Source: a virus. From it: a stretch of DNA of 64,000 nucleotides. How positions within the stretch are numbered: position 1 is the stretch's first letter; each line of letters starts with the position of its first letter. Below the pieces are notes generated by a model that ran no database searches, was not told the DNA's origin, and saw only the letters and a program-made list of their open reading frames with translations. This document shows, in pieces, positions 9,541-19,454 of the stretch. Location of the stretch: positions 8,472 through 72,471 of IMG/VR virus record IMGVR_UViG_3300047510_003167, one strand, 5' to 3'. A program made the position numbers and the translations under genes.

Positions 9541-10251
9541 ATGAACGAAAGAGAGTTTTTAAAGCAATTTAGAAACAGTCCCGAAGGTAAAAAACTTCTG
9601 GAGACTATTTCTTTTGCTGAAGGAACTCGCCGTTCTAATCCCACCGACTCTTATCGAGTCATGTTTGGTGGTGGACTTGCGCCTAGCCTTAAGGCACACC
9701 CGGACAAAGTGATTTCCAGCCCCGGAGGTTACTCAAGCGCTGCAGCAGGTCGTTACCAGTTCCTCCCAGGAACCTGGCAATCACAAGCGTCTCGCCTAGG
9801 TTTGTCTGGCTTTGGACCTGAAGAGCAAGATATTGCCGCTCTGTCATTGGCAAGAAATCGTTTAATGCCTATTGGTGGTTTATCTGTTCTTCAAAAAGAG
9901 GGTCTAAGTTCCAGGGTTGCTGCCAAACTTTCTCCCGAATGGGCCTCGTTTCCTACGGAGTCAGGTCGTAGTTACTATGGTCAACCAGTAAAATCTTTAT
10001 CAGAATTACAAAAGGTTTACCAATCAACTTCAGGGCCTACACCTGCAACTACCGCTCCGGCCCCCACCCCATCTCAACAAAAAGCAGCTAAAGGAAATTC
10101 CTTAGCTCAAGAGCTTATTGAACAACTGATTAAATCTCGAATTCCCGCCATATTACAACAAAGAAGTAGCTTGGCATCTCCTGACGAATTGGTCTCTTTC
10201 TCTAATTCGATGATGCCATTACCTGATGACTATTTAAACATGTTTGTCTAA
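9541..10251 (+). CDS. Lambda-type lysozyme/transglycosylase with low-complexity C-terminal tail
   Basis: AEGT...YRVMFGG...HP...SAAAGRYQFLPGTW...EEQD...EWASFP. Confidence 0.85.
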   Translation: MNEREFLKQFRNSPEGKKLLETISFAEGTRRSNPTDSYRVMFGGGLAPSLKAHPDKVISSPGGYSSAAAGRYQFLPGTWQSQASRLGLSGFGPEEQDIAALSLARNRLMPIGGLSVLQKEGLSSRVAAKLSPEWASFPTESGRSYYGQPVKSLSELQKVYQSTSGPTPATTAPAPTPSQQKAAKGNSLAQELIEQLIKSRIPAILQQRSSLASPDELVSFSNSMMPLPDDYLNMFV

Positions 10252-10568
10252 TGGCATCCCTCAGAAATAGGTCCGATTACGTTGACGATTACACCCCAGG
10301 GGAGGCCTCAAGCCTCCTTGGGGGAAGTCGCTATACAGCCTTCACTTCTCTCCCTGGAAGCCTGGGAAATCTCTCAGGTGAGAACAAAAGGAGTTTAATC
10401 GGACGTATTTTTGATCGGTTAAGCGCCTTTGAGTCTGCCGAACAATCTCCCGGCGATAACTTCCAAAGATTTTTATCTTTGTATCAAAATCCCGACAAAC
10501 TAGCCGAAAGCAAGATGAAAGTTCCTGTAGGCTTCAATCAGGCCTACGGGCTTTCGTCAATGTTTTAA
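10251..10568 (+). CDS. Hypothetical protein
   Basis: TAATG coupling with previous gene. Confidence 0.6.
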   Translation: MASLRNRSDYVDDYTPGEASSLLGGSRYTAFTSLPGSLGNLSGENKRSLIGRIFDRLSAFESAEQSPGDNFQRFLSLYQNPDKLAESKMKVPVGFNQAYGLSSMF

Positions 10569-10638
10569 TTTAAATTCGTTCCATTAGAATGTCAGTATTG
10601 AAAGAAGGTCCTAATAAGGGCTAAAAGGGGATTTGTAA

Positions 10639-11421
10639 ATGGCATCGACTTCTACCAATAAGCAACCTGTTTTTACAGACCGCCCGTTGTTTGACGTTGT
10701 GCGTGTTACGACGCAAACCGTTGGTAGCGCTACCACCAACACCTTGTTTGTTCAAGGTGGCCAAGCGCCGTCCATCTTGGTTGACATGGACGCAACCTTG
10801 AGTGATGACAACAATAATGGTGGTGTCGTTGATTCCATTACGATTACTCGTAACGACTTTTACCGTGATGCAGACTATACGGTGAATGCAGCAACTTCTG
10901 GCACTGCTATTTCTATCATTAGCGGTCAGATTGTTAATGTTCAATCGACAGGCGTTTTAACAGGTTCGGGAGCAGCTAGCGGTGTCGGGTACTACACGTA
11001 TACTGGATCTTCTGCTCTTGCGGGCATTAACACGGCTTTACATTATTCTGGTGGTATTGCCAGTGGTTTTGTCTTTAACGGCATTGGTTATGGCAACCAG
11101 CCTGCGGTAACTTTTGTTTTCTATCACACTCGTAACACCACCACGCCCATCCCTGGTTCTGGTGACTACCGCATTGTGTTTGCAAAGACTGTTGGTGCAA
11201 ATGTCCAGACAGTTGACTGCAGCGATTTAATGCCTCAACTGGCAGCACCAATTGTGCAAGCAGGTAATACCACTGGCCTTGGTGAGACTGCACCCCTTCG
11301 CAATAAAGGTATTTACCTGGAGCGAGGCGATCGTATTTATGTGGGTGTTTTCCCGGATGCTCCTAACGCTGCTGGATATGCCCCTGGTGCCCACGTAATT
11401 GCTCAGGGCGGTTTCTTCTAA
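10639..11421 (+). CDS. Putative tail/virion structural protein
   Basis: 260 aa, T/G/V-rich beta composition, in morphogenesis module. Confidence 0.6.
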   Translation: MASTSTNKQPVFTDRPLFDVVRVTTQTVGSATTNTLFVQGGQAPSILVDMDATLSDDNNNGGVVDSITITRNDFYRDADYTVNAATSGTAISIISGQIVNVQSTGVLTGSGAASGVGYYTYTGSSALAGINTALHYSGGIASGFVFNGIGYGNQPAVTFVFYHTRNTTTPIPGSGDYRIVFAKTVGANVQTVDCSDLMPQLAAPIVQAGNTTGLGETAPLRNKGIYLERGDRIYVGVFPDAPNAAGYAPGAHVIAQGGFF

Positions 11422-11424
11422 ACC

Positions 11425-13065
11425 ATGGCAGCAAAGCGTGGAAACACGTTTGGAAATTTTGGCGCAACAACAATTAGTGCGCCTAAGGGTGTTGTGCCAA
11501 TTACCACGGAGTTTTCCAAGGGAAGCGTCCCTGATTCGATCTATACAATTGACCGCGAATCTGCTTGGTCCCGCTGGAGAAGAGGTTACGAGTTAGCCAC
11601 CGCTTCGTCATATGACAACGAATACGAATATTCTTTTACTTACAACATTCCATTACCGCCGGGCGTAACGCCCATCACCGGAAACCTGCCTACTATTCCA
11701 GGTGTTTTTAAAGGGTTCCCAACAAGCAGCAAAGAGTTTGGCATGCACTGGGCCGGGGTTCGTGTTGCGGGCAGCCTGCGCATGGACAATATTCAATTTG
11801 CTAAAGGCTCAACGAACAGGTACTGGTTAGACGCTCATATGGAAGATTATGAGAACGTCGGTTTATTTTTTGATAATGAATTTGAAGTAGCATCTGCACC
11901 TGCATATATTGAATCTGTTACTGAAGATGATGATTTTTGGTATGTAAAAATTGGTGGAAATTGGAGTCCATCTAATCCCTTGCCCCCTCCGCTCTATGTT
12001 CCTATCCCCGGCATCCCTGGTGGACTGAAGGCAATTAATGGCGAAATTCTGGAAGATCGAATCATTACCAAGGGTGGTGTTCCTATTACCAGGGATTCAA
12101 TTGATCCGACAACTCAAAAACGCTATGGATATGTACAGGCCGTTCTTGCGGACACCAATCCATTCACAGGTGTTTTAAAGCTGCGTAAAAGAGGATCTGT
12201 TGAATCAACACCTGATCGCACCTTTATTACACCTGCAACCAGGCCGCCTTCAGTTGGTCGTTTCTTTATGACAGGAACACGTTATTGCTGTTCGTGTCAA
12301 GATTTCAACCGACGCGATTACGCGTTCATGACTAATTTAAACAGCAGAAAAAATCGTTATTTTCCGCGTTCAAACATCGCATCTGTGAAGCCCGGACGCT
12401 ACGAAGAAATGAAAGATCGTTCAGGTCTCATCGATAACAGCGCAATGACATCTGCGACAACAAATCGCAATATGGCTGTTATTTCACCTGCACCAGAATA
12501 TAATTTACCCCCTTCAATTACACCTAATTCAACAACAAAACAAGGGGCTACCAGAGATAATCCAGGTGTGTTTAGAGACTTTGGTTCGACTTATTTACGG
12601 GGTACGGCAGATCCATCTTTGCCGGGATCGAGTGCAGACGGTATACCCGAGTATGGCGATTATGCATCCACTGGAAATGTAATTACGTCTTTAACTGATT
12701 ATTGGACACCTTTGCTAGACGAAACACGTTATTGCAAACATATCTATGCCATGAAGTTTAAAGAGGGAGTCTTCCCTCCAGAGCCCTCTGACTTCCCTGT
12801 GGCCCAAGACAGCATGGCCGAATGGGAGCAGAAACTTGTACGTGATACCGAAGAAAAACGAGTTGACGGAAGAATTAAACTTACTCAGAATGCCTTGGCA
12901 TATATGGACGTACCTCCATACAACTGTCAGTCGCCCATGATGATGCCGATGATGCAAAAATTGTTTAATATTCCATCAAGCTTTGTTCGCATGCAAGGTT
13001 TTATCATGTACGACAAAGATGGAACACCATACACTCCTTCGCTGGGGCAAAGACCTTCTGCCTAG
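11425..13065 (+). CDS. Putative virion protein with split SWIM-like zinc finger
   Basis: 546 aa; CSCQDF and YCKHIY motifs. Confidence 0.6.
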   Translation: MAAKRGNTFGNFGATTISAPKGVVPITTEFSKGSVPDSIYTIDRESAWSRWRRGYELATASSYDNEYEYSFTYNIPLPPGVTPITGNLPTIPGVFKGFPTSSKEFGMHWAGVRVAGSLRMDNIQFAKGSTNRYWLDAHMEDYENVGLFFDNEFEVASAPAYIESVTEDDDFWYVKIGGNWSPSNPLPPPLYVPIPGIPGGLKAINGEILEDRIITKGGVPITRDSIDPTTQKRYGYVQAVLADTNPFTGVLKLRKRGSVESTPDRTFITPATRPPSVGRFFMTGTRYCCSCQDFNRRDYAFMTNLNSRKNRYFPRSNIASVKPGRYEEMKDRSGLIDNSAMTSATTNRNMAVISPAPEYNLPPSITPNSTTKQGATRDNPGVFRDFGSTYLRGTADPSLPGSSADGIPEYGDYASTGNVITSLTDYWTPLLDETRYCKHIYAMKFKEGVFPPEPSDFPVAQDSMAEWEQKLVRDTEEKRVDGRIKLTQNALAYMDVPPYNCQSPMMMPMMQKLFNIPSSFVRMQGFIMYDKDGTPYTPSLGQRPSA

Positions 13066-13107
13066 TTGTTAAGTTAAAATACATAAAGCGGAAAAGAATA
13101 AAAACAA

Positions 13108-15762
13108 ATGCTGCTCCTAACTTCAGTCTCAGACCAAGTACAGCTAGTTACCAGTGCTTCAGGTCTGGTTGAAGTTCATGTTTCGTATGCAGATAATCTC
13201 TCGGGTGTTGTTACCCCTGGAAGATTAAACACACAAATTACGACCTCTGGTTCTTCTGTTATTGTTACTGCGCCAGCCGCAAATACTCAAAGAAACGTAC
13301 GAAATATTAGCGCTCGAAATGAAACTGGTGGGACCAGGACGCTTACGGTCAATCATTTTGACGGTTCATTAACCAATACACTTTGGAATGGTGCGTTAGA
13401 AAATAACGAAGAGTTGGTTTTCACTCAAGAGGGTGAATGGTTCGTTTACGACGAGACAGGGCTTTCCAAGGTCTATAACATGATCGGGGCTACCGGCCCA
13501 GCTGGAAGTCCTGGTGGAGCTACAGGTGCAACCGGTATTGGTATTACGGGTGCGACAGGAGCAACAGGTGTTGGCACTACTGGTGCCACTGGTCCAACTG
13601 GGGTTGGAATAACAGGTGCCACTGGCCCTCAAGGAGCTACCGGCGTAGGAACCACTGGAGCTACTGGTATTGGCATCACAGGTGCTACAGGGGCTACGGG
13701 TGCCACTGGCGTTGGTGTCACTGGTGCTACAGGGGTGGCTGGGGTAACTGGAGCAACTGGTGTTGGTATTACCGGCGTCACAGGGGCTACAGGTGCCACA
13801 GGTGCGGGAGTTACAGGAGCTACAGGTGTAAGTGGCGTGAGCGGTGCCACGGGGGCCACTGGTGCCGGTGTTACGGGAGCTACCGGGGTGCAAGGAGCGA
13901 CAGGCGCGTTGGGAGCTACTGGTGCTACAGGGGCTGGCGTTTCTGGGGCAACAGGTGCTACTGGCCCAGCAGGTGTGTCCGCAGCAGGTCGTACATATTG
14001 GTTTCACTCCACGACAAGTGACATTAGTCCTTACGAAGAATTAATCGCAGATTTTCCTTCTTCTTTGGCAACTGATGACATGAGTGCCACTGTTGATAGC
14101 ACCAGTGGTGAAGTTTTAATTGTTGGTCACGTAACACCATCTGGTGATCCTGGCCTAGAAGTTTTTCCTCCAGGAAACTATACGTTTAATGTTTATCGTT
14201 ACGTTGATACAACCAGTGGTGTAAGTGAGATTGTTTTTCGGGTTTACAAAGTAGATACATTAAGTGGCAATGCAGAAACCGAATTATTTAATATCACCAC
14301 AAATGAAATCAATGACACAGTTGCAACTTTTCAAAGCATTGCGTATACCCTTCCAACCCCTCAAAACGTTTTAGTAACAGATCGGATCGTTGTTAAAGCA
14401 TATGCAAAAACAACGTATTCCGGAAATGTTGAAGTTCACTTTGTGCATGACGGCCCAACAACCGCTTCTTATGTACAAACAGCAATTGCCGCTGGAGCCG
14501 TTGGAGAAACTGGTGCGACAGGCGCTACAGGCGTAGGTGTCACGGGTGCTACAGGTGCCACTGGAGTTGGTATCACAGGTGCGACTGGCGCTACGGGAGC
14601 AGGAACAACTGGTGCCACAGGAGCTACGGGTGTCATTGGAGTCAGTGGGGCCACGGGTGCTATCGGTGCAACAGGAGCTACTGGCGTCGGCATCACCGGT
14701 GCGACGGGCGCTACTGGAGTAGGCATTACGGGTGCGACGGGAGCAACAGGTATTGGTATCACGGGTGCAACGGGCGCTACTGGAGTAGGCATTACAGGTG
14801 CCACTGGAGTCGCTGGAGTTACAGGTGCGACAGGAGCAACAGGCGTCGGTATTACTGGTGCAACTGGTGTAATTGGCGTCAGCGGAGCCACTGGAGCCAC
14901 TGGTATAGGTATTACTGGTGCTACGGGGGTAATTGGCGTCAGTGGAGCTACCGGCGCAACAGGTGTAACTGGAGCTACGGGTGCCGGGGTAACTGGTGCG
15001 ACAGGTGTAAGTGGGGTTGATGGTGCTACAGGAGCTACGGGTGTAGGTATAACTGGTGCAACGGGAGCTACTGGCGTCGGCATCACCGGTGCTACAGGCG
15101 TTACAGGCGCCACAGGAGTTGGAGTCACGGGGGCCACCGGAGTCGTTGGTGTTACCGGAGCCACCGGAGTCACTGGAGCAACCGGTATTGGAGTTACTGG
15201 TGCCACTGGCGTAGTTGGCGTTAGCGGTGCTACCGGCGCCACTGGCGTAGCTGGTATTGATGGAGTTACCGGTGCTACGGGAGCTACTGGCGTTGGAGTG
15301 ACTGGAGCTACCGGTGCTACAGGTGTTGCTGGTGTTGACGGAGTTACGGGCGCCACAGGCGTTACAGGTGCAACCGGTGTTGGCATCACAGGTGCCACAG
15401 GCGCCACGGGTGTTACAGGTCCCCAGGGTTCCGCTGCTCCTAAATCCATTACAATTATCAACCCAGGTGCAGCAGAAAAACTACCTCTGTTCTTTAATAC
15501 AGAGTCAATTACATTCACAAAAATATGCTCCATTGTTGCTGGAACATCTCCTAGTGTTAGCTTTTCAATTAGATACGGTAGTAATTTTTCCGCTGCAGGA
15601 ACAGAAGTTGTAACTGGAGGCATGACAGCTAACAACACAACAACAGGTGTTCATACAACCACTTTTAACAACGCAACAGTTGCAAGCGGAAACTTTGTAT
15701 GGTTAACAACTACGGCATCATCTGGTCCCACAACTACTTTTAATGTCACGTTAATTTTCTGA
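13108..15762 (+). CDS. Collagen-like (Gly-X-Thr) fibre protein
   Basis: Two long GAT/GVT repeat blocks (~13490-13970, ~14500-15430) separated by globular domains. Confidence 0.85.
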   Translation: MLLLTSVSDQVQLVTSASGLVEVHVSYADNLSGVVTPGRLNTQITTSGSSVIVTAPAANTQRNVRNISARNETGGTRTLTVNHFDGSLTNTLWNGALENNEELVFTQEGEWFVYDETGLSKVYNMIGATGPAGSPGGATGATGIGITGATGATGVGTTGATGPTGVGITGATGPQGATGVGTTGATGIGITGATGATGATGVGVTGATGVAGVTGATGVGITGVTGATGATGAGVTGATGVSGVSGATGATGAGVTGATGVQGATGALGATGATGAGVSGATGATGPAGVSAAGRTYWFHSTTSDISPYEELIADFPSSLATDDMSATVDSTSGEVLIVGHVTPSGDPGLEVFPPGNYTFNVYRYVDTTSGVSEIVFRVYKVDTLSGNAETELFNITTNEINDTVATFQSIAYTLPTPQNVLVTDRIVVKAYAKTTYSGNVEVHFVHDGPTTASYVQTAIAAGAVGETGATGATGVGVTGATGATGVGITGATGATGAGTTGATGATGVIGVSGATGAIGATGATGVGITGATGATGVGITGATGATGIGITGATGATGVGITGATGVAGVTGATGATGVGITGATGVIGVSGATGATGIGITGATGVIGVSGATGATGVTGATGAGVTGATGVSGVDGATGATGVGITGATGATGVGITGATGVTGATGVGVTGATGVVGVTGATGVTGATGIGVTGATGVVGVSGATGATGVAGIDGVTGATGATGVGVTGATGATGVAGVDGVTGATGVTGATGVGITGATGATGVTGPQGSAAPKSITIINPGAAEKLPLFFNTESITFTKICSIVAGTSPSVSFSIRYGSNFSAAGTEVVTGGMTANNTTTGVHTTTFNNATVASGNFVWLTTTASSGPTTTFNVTLIF

Positions 15763-15763
15763 T

Positions 15764-16351
15764 ATGGCCATTGAATTTATTGGAGCAAGTGGTGTTGCTG
15801 CTACAACAATGACACTTCCAGCTCACGTGTCCGGAGATATTATTGTTATGTTTGCGTATAGAAACGGTAGCAACACTGCACCTACACTTCCAGCTACATG
15901 GTCTGGCATAGGAGCTACTGGGGGTAACACAAACTCATCTAGACTTGCTTACAAATTTGTAACCAGCGGAAACACTCCATCTAATACCTGGACAAACGCA
16001 ACGCACTTAGTTGCACACGTTTATAGAGGATGTTCAAATATAGGCGCTTTTGCTGGTAGCAGCCAAGCAGCTTCAACAACAATTACCTATCCTGCATTAA
16101 GCATGCAGAACACAAACGGACGAAGTATTGTTGCTGGTTTTGCTGGTCATCGTACTGCTACGAACGTTGAATTAGCACCGGCGGGCATGACGAACAGAGC
16201 ATTTATTGGTGCCGGTCCAGAGTCTGCAGGACACGATACAAATACTGGTGTTACAAGTTGGTCTGCCACAAACGTAACAGTAAACACATCAGCGGCTTCT
16301 AGAAGCTGGACTTTAGAGCTAAAAAGCGACGGCGTCTCAATCATCAGCTAG
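15764..16351 (+). CDS. Putative fibre tip/accessory protein
   Basis: 195 aa T/A/S-rich; follows the collagen gene by 1 nt. Confidence 0.6.
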   Translation: MAIEFIGASGVAATTMTLPAHVSGDIIVMFAYRNGSNTAPTLPATWSGIGATGGNTNSSRLAYKFVTSGNTPSNTWTNATHLVAHVYRGCSNIGAFAGSSQAASTTITYPALSMQNTNGRSIVAGFAGHRTATNVELAPAGMTNRAFIGAGPESAGHDTNTGVTSWSATNVTVNTSAASRSWTLELKSDGVSIIS

Positions 16352-16373
16352 AGTTTAAAAAAACAAATCTGAA

Positions 16374-17477
16374 ATGCGCCTTCATTTGATTGGGTTGTTT
16401 CACACAAAATCAACCGCTGCATATTCCCACTGTGCCTTTACTGGAAAAGCTTTGCGCTTTCCCAAGATGATGCAAGGCCAAGGCTACGAAGTAATTGAAT
16501 ACTCAAATGAAGGAAGTGAAGCAAATGCAACAAAACATATCCCTATTCTTACGGAAGAAGAGTTTGACTCAATATACGGAAAGAGAAAAAACACTGATTT
16601 CTATGGTGACGATGCAACAGTTGGTAGCGAAGGGCATCAACTCTTTGAAAAGAAATTAATTCCCCATTTAAAAGAACACCTGGAAAAAGAAGACATTATT
16701 TGCCACCCTTTTGGGCATGCACATCAAGGATTAATGGACATCTTTCCTTCTCATCAACATGTTGAGACAGGAATTGGGTATCCAACTTTGATGCCAAATA
16801 GTTTTCGAATTTTTGAATCTTATGCCTGGATGCATTACCATCAAGGCAAAGAAAATCGTGCAGGAAAAAATTATGAATGGGTTATTCCCAATTATTTTGA
16901 TACTGATGATTGGAAACCAAAATACAAACACGGAGAATATTTAGCATTCTTAGGACGCATTTGTTCACCCAAAGGGTTAGATACAATTAAAGAAATTGCC
17001 AACCACAGTCCTTGGCCAATCATTCTTCACGGACAGGGTGACGCATCCCCCTGGAAGCACCCAAACATTGAGTATCGTGGTCCAATTTCAGGACGTGAAC
17101 GGTCAGAGTTTCTAGCCAATGCCCGTGCAGCATTGATGCCAACGGTATTCACTGAACCGTTTGGCGGCAGTGGCGTTGAAGCAATGCTGTGCGGTACCCC
17201 ACTTATCGCTGTTGATTATGGTGCCTTTGCGGAGACAGTTGTTTCGGGTGTCACTGGATTTCGTTGCCATACTCTGCAAGATTGGCTAGATGCTATTGAA
17301 GATGTTGAAGATCTAGACCGCCGTCAAATCGCAAAAATTGCCAAGCAACGTTATTCGTTAGAAGCTTGTGGAATCAAGTACGACAAGGCGTTCCAACAGC
17401 TTAATGATCTATGGCGTAAGGGCTGGTACGAACTGCGTAATATGCCCGACCGTAGCATCCGCCCTCAGCCAAAGTAA
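16374..17477 (+). CDS. Glycosyltransferase, GT4/GT-B fold
   Basis: FLGRICSPKG and EPFGGSGVEAMLCGTPLI (ExFG...EA...G.P). Confidence 0.9.
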   Translation: MRLHLIGLFHTKSTAAYSHCAFTGKALRFPKMMQGQGYEVIEYSNEGSEANATKHIPILTEEEFDSIYGKRKNTDFYGDDATVGSEGHQLFEKKLIPHLKEHLEKEDIICHPFGHAHQGLMDIFPSHQHVETGIGYPTLMPNSFRIFESYAWMHYHQGKENRAGKNYEWVIPNYFDTDDWKPKYKHGEYLAFLGRICSPKGLDTIKEIANHSPWPIILHGQGDASPWKHPNIEYRGPISGRERSEFLANARAALMPTVFTEPFGGSGVEAMLCGTPLIAVDYGAFAETVVSGVTGFRCHTLQDWLDAIEDVEDLDRRQIAKIAKQRYSLEACGIKYDKAFQQLNDLWRKGWYELRNMPDRSIRPQPK

Positions 17478-17982
17478 CCACGTCTCCTTTGGTACTTAAC
17501 CAATAATCCAAATTAAATTGCGTAAGTTCATGCGGGTGACCTGGATGGGGCGGAATGTCAATCCATTCGAAAATACGGAGTACCTTTCCAGCCTTTAAAG
17601 CATTGTCGATAATTAATGCAGGGTTTTCTACATGCTGAAGGCAGTTGTAAATCCAAACTTCATCCCAACCAGTTTCAACAATCTCTTCGCCCTTTAATTG
17701 CCAGTATTCAATGTTCTTTGACGCGTAACGATCTACGGTCCACTTGGGATAAGGCAAAGGATCAACAACTTTTCCTTTCTTTAGATTGATAGCTTTCAAC
17801 AACAAAGAAACGGGTCCACCACCGATATCCAAAATAGATTTGTTTTCAACATCAAAAGAATAATGATTTCTTTTGAGTCCTAAAAAGCGTGAATAAACTA
17901 ATTGCTTTTGCTCTTCGTCAATCGTATTACAGCAATCTCCCCAGTAAGCCAGCTCAAATTCGTGGTCCTGTTCGGTACTCAT
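17401..17982 (-). CDS. Class I SAM-dependent methyltransferase
   Basis: ILDIGGGP motif I, VDPL, NCLQHVENP. Confidence 0.8.
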   Translation of the reverse strand: MSTEQDHEFELAYWGDCCNTIDEEQKQLVYSRFLGLKRNHYSFDVENKSILDIGGGPVSLLLKAINLKKGKVVDPLPYPKWTVDRYASKNIEYWQLKGEEIVETGWDEVWIYNCLQHVENPALIIDNALKAGKVLRIFEWIDIPPHPGHPHELTQFNLDYWLSTKGDVVTLAEGGCYGRAYYAVRTSPYAIDH

Positions 17983-18027
17983 ACCTAGCTTTGTCTGTTT
18001 GCCTATATTAACCTGATTAAAAGAGGA

Positions 18028-18267
18028 ATGAATTCAATGGACGAAATTAAATTCGGAGATGTTGTAGAGAGCACGTTTGTTCTTTCCCAGCGTCAGCTGG
18101 AAACACGTCAAGCAGGTTTTAGTCCTATTTCCTATCAAGGTGTACCCATTACTTATCACGCTGGGGATGTAGTCAATCTTCCTTACGAAGCGACTGAGCG
18201 ATCTACAATTGAAGCAGTGGGGCTGGCCTGGGCCGCCTATGCACAAGGCATTGTGCCAGAAGATTAA
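18028..18267 (+). CDS. Hypothetical protein
   Basis: 79-aa ORF with GAGGA upstream; start may be 18037. Confidence 0.55.
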   Translation: MNSMDEIKFGDVVESTFVLSQRQLETRQAGFSPISYQGVPITYHAGDVVNLPYEATERSTIEAVGLAWAAYAQGIVPED

Positions 18268-18284
18268 TTAATCTATACTTAAAT

Positions 18285-18302
18285 TGAGTCCAATAAGACT
18301 CA
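18285..18302. promoter_or_regulatory. Palindromic operator-like site TGAGTC-N6-GACTCA
   Basis: TGAGTCCAATAAGACTCA, intergenic; 17/18 copy inverted at 44251-44268. Confidence 0.5.
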
Positions 18303-18365
18303 TTAAGCTTTTATTTAGATGCCACAGTGCGTTGATAAGCTGTAGGCACTGATCCCCGTAAGGCT

Positions 18366-18794
18366 ATGGACAGCATCAATGCTCCTCCTGCGGATCAACT
18401 GATTGTTGATCATTACTTTCAACTATTAACAACACCTCGTTTCAAGAAAGCTGCTTGGCTTTATGGAATGATTTCGACTTATGGCATAAAGCCAGAAGAA
18501 ATAAAAGGATTCACCTGGAACGAAAACAATACAATTAACGTCTTCACAAAGAAAAAAGCTGTACGCCCACTGCACCCTCAGTGGGTTTCTTTGTTTCAAC
18601 TAAAGAAAAAGCAACCCTCAAATACTGAAGGTTGCTTAGATAAAATGATTGCTTGTTTGTATTCGTTCATTTCTTCTCCCTCGTCACGCTTAAATCTTAC
18701 TGATTTAGTTTTAGCGTATCGAATGAGAAAGAAATTTTACGCACCCATCAAGAAGCAACCAGTTCAGAAGGAACTTTGCTCAGTTGCTTCCTGA
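18366..18794 (+). CDS. Degenerate tyrosine-recombinase-like fragment
   Basis: WLYGMISTYGIKPEE and VRPLHPQWVSLFQL resemble cyanobacterial integrase motifs; catalytic residues missing. Confidence 0.55.
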   Translation: MDSINAPPADQLIVDHYFQLLTTPRFKKAAWLYGMISTYGIKPEEIKGFTWNENNTINVFTKKKAVRPLHPQWVSLFQLKKKQPSNTEGCLDKMIACLYSFISSPSSRLNLTDLVLAYRMRKKFYAPIKKQPVQKELCSVAS

Positions 18795-18966
18795 CAGCAG
18801 CAACGTTCCAACGGTATCCATCCCTAGAGCGAGTCTCGGGGAAAGCTGCGTAGTGCGGGCCGAGCTTCAAGAAGCCTTTGTCGCGCATCTTGAAAAGCAT
18901 TTTGCGGTCAATGCCCAGAAGCTCTTCTGCTTTCTGGACAGAAACCCATCCGTTTGTCGCTGCCAT
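18748..18966 (-). CDS. MerR/excisionase-like HTH protein
   Basis: WVSVQKAEELLGIDRKMLFKMR...LKLGPHY...YRWNV. Confidence 0.7.
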   Translation of the reverse strand: MAATNGWVSVQKAEELLGIDRKMLFKMRDKGFLKLGPHYAAFPETRSRDGYRWNVAAVRKQLSKVPSELVAS

Positions 18967-19090
18967 GGTTTAAAACTGGCTTACATCAGTACGTTATCGG
19001 TCGCAAAGAAGCTGTCAACGTGATTAAACAAAACTTAATCTGTTTGTTTTGGATGACCACTCTTAAAATTAGTTAACAGCCATTAGGTCT

Positions 19091-19453
19091 ATGTTCAGCA
19101 GCGCTAATGAACCGCTCGCTCTACTGATTGAACTAACACCAAAACTGGCTAAGAAACGTTTTAGAGAAGAGATCTATAAAGATTGGGATTATAAATGTGG
19201 ATATTGCAATGCCCCGGCAACCAGTTTAGATCACATTGTGCCGCGATTTAAATCAGGAACAAGTAATCGTAATAACTTAATACCGGCCTGTCAACGATGC
19301 AACAGCAACAAAGGAACAACTCCGATAGAAACCTGGTATTCTCAACAAGATTTTTTTTGTCAAGTTAGAATGGAAAGAATAAAAAACTGGATGATGCAAG
19401 AAGTTGCAGATATTTTTTTATACCAAAAAGAACATTTAAAAGAGGCTATTTAA
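19091..19453 (+). CDS. HNH endonuclease
   Basis: CGYC...LDHIVPR...NLIPACQRCNSNK. Confidence 0.9.
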   Translation: MFSSANEPLALLIELTPKLAKKRFREEIYKDWDYKCGYCNAPATSLDHIVPRFKSGTSNRNNLIPACQRCNSNKGTTPIETWYSQQDFFCQVRMERIKNWMMQEVADIFLYQKEHLKEAI

Positions 19454-19454
19454 C

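Noticed and set aside
13396-15638. Antisense PVAPV-repeat ORFs
   Set aside because: Mirror of the collagen Gly-X-Thr codons
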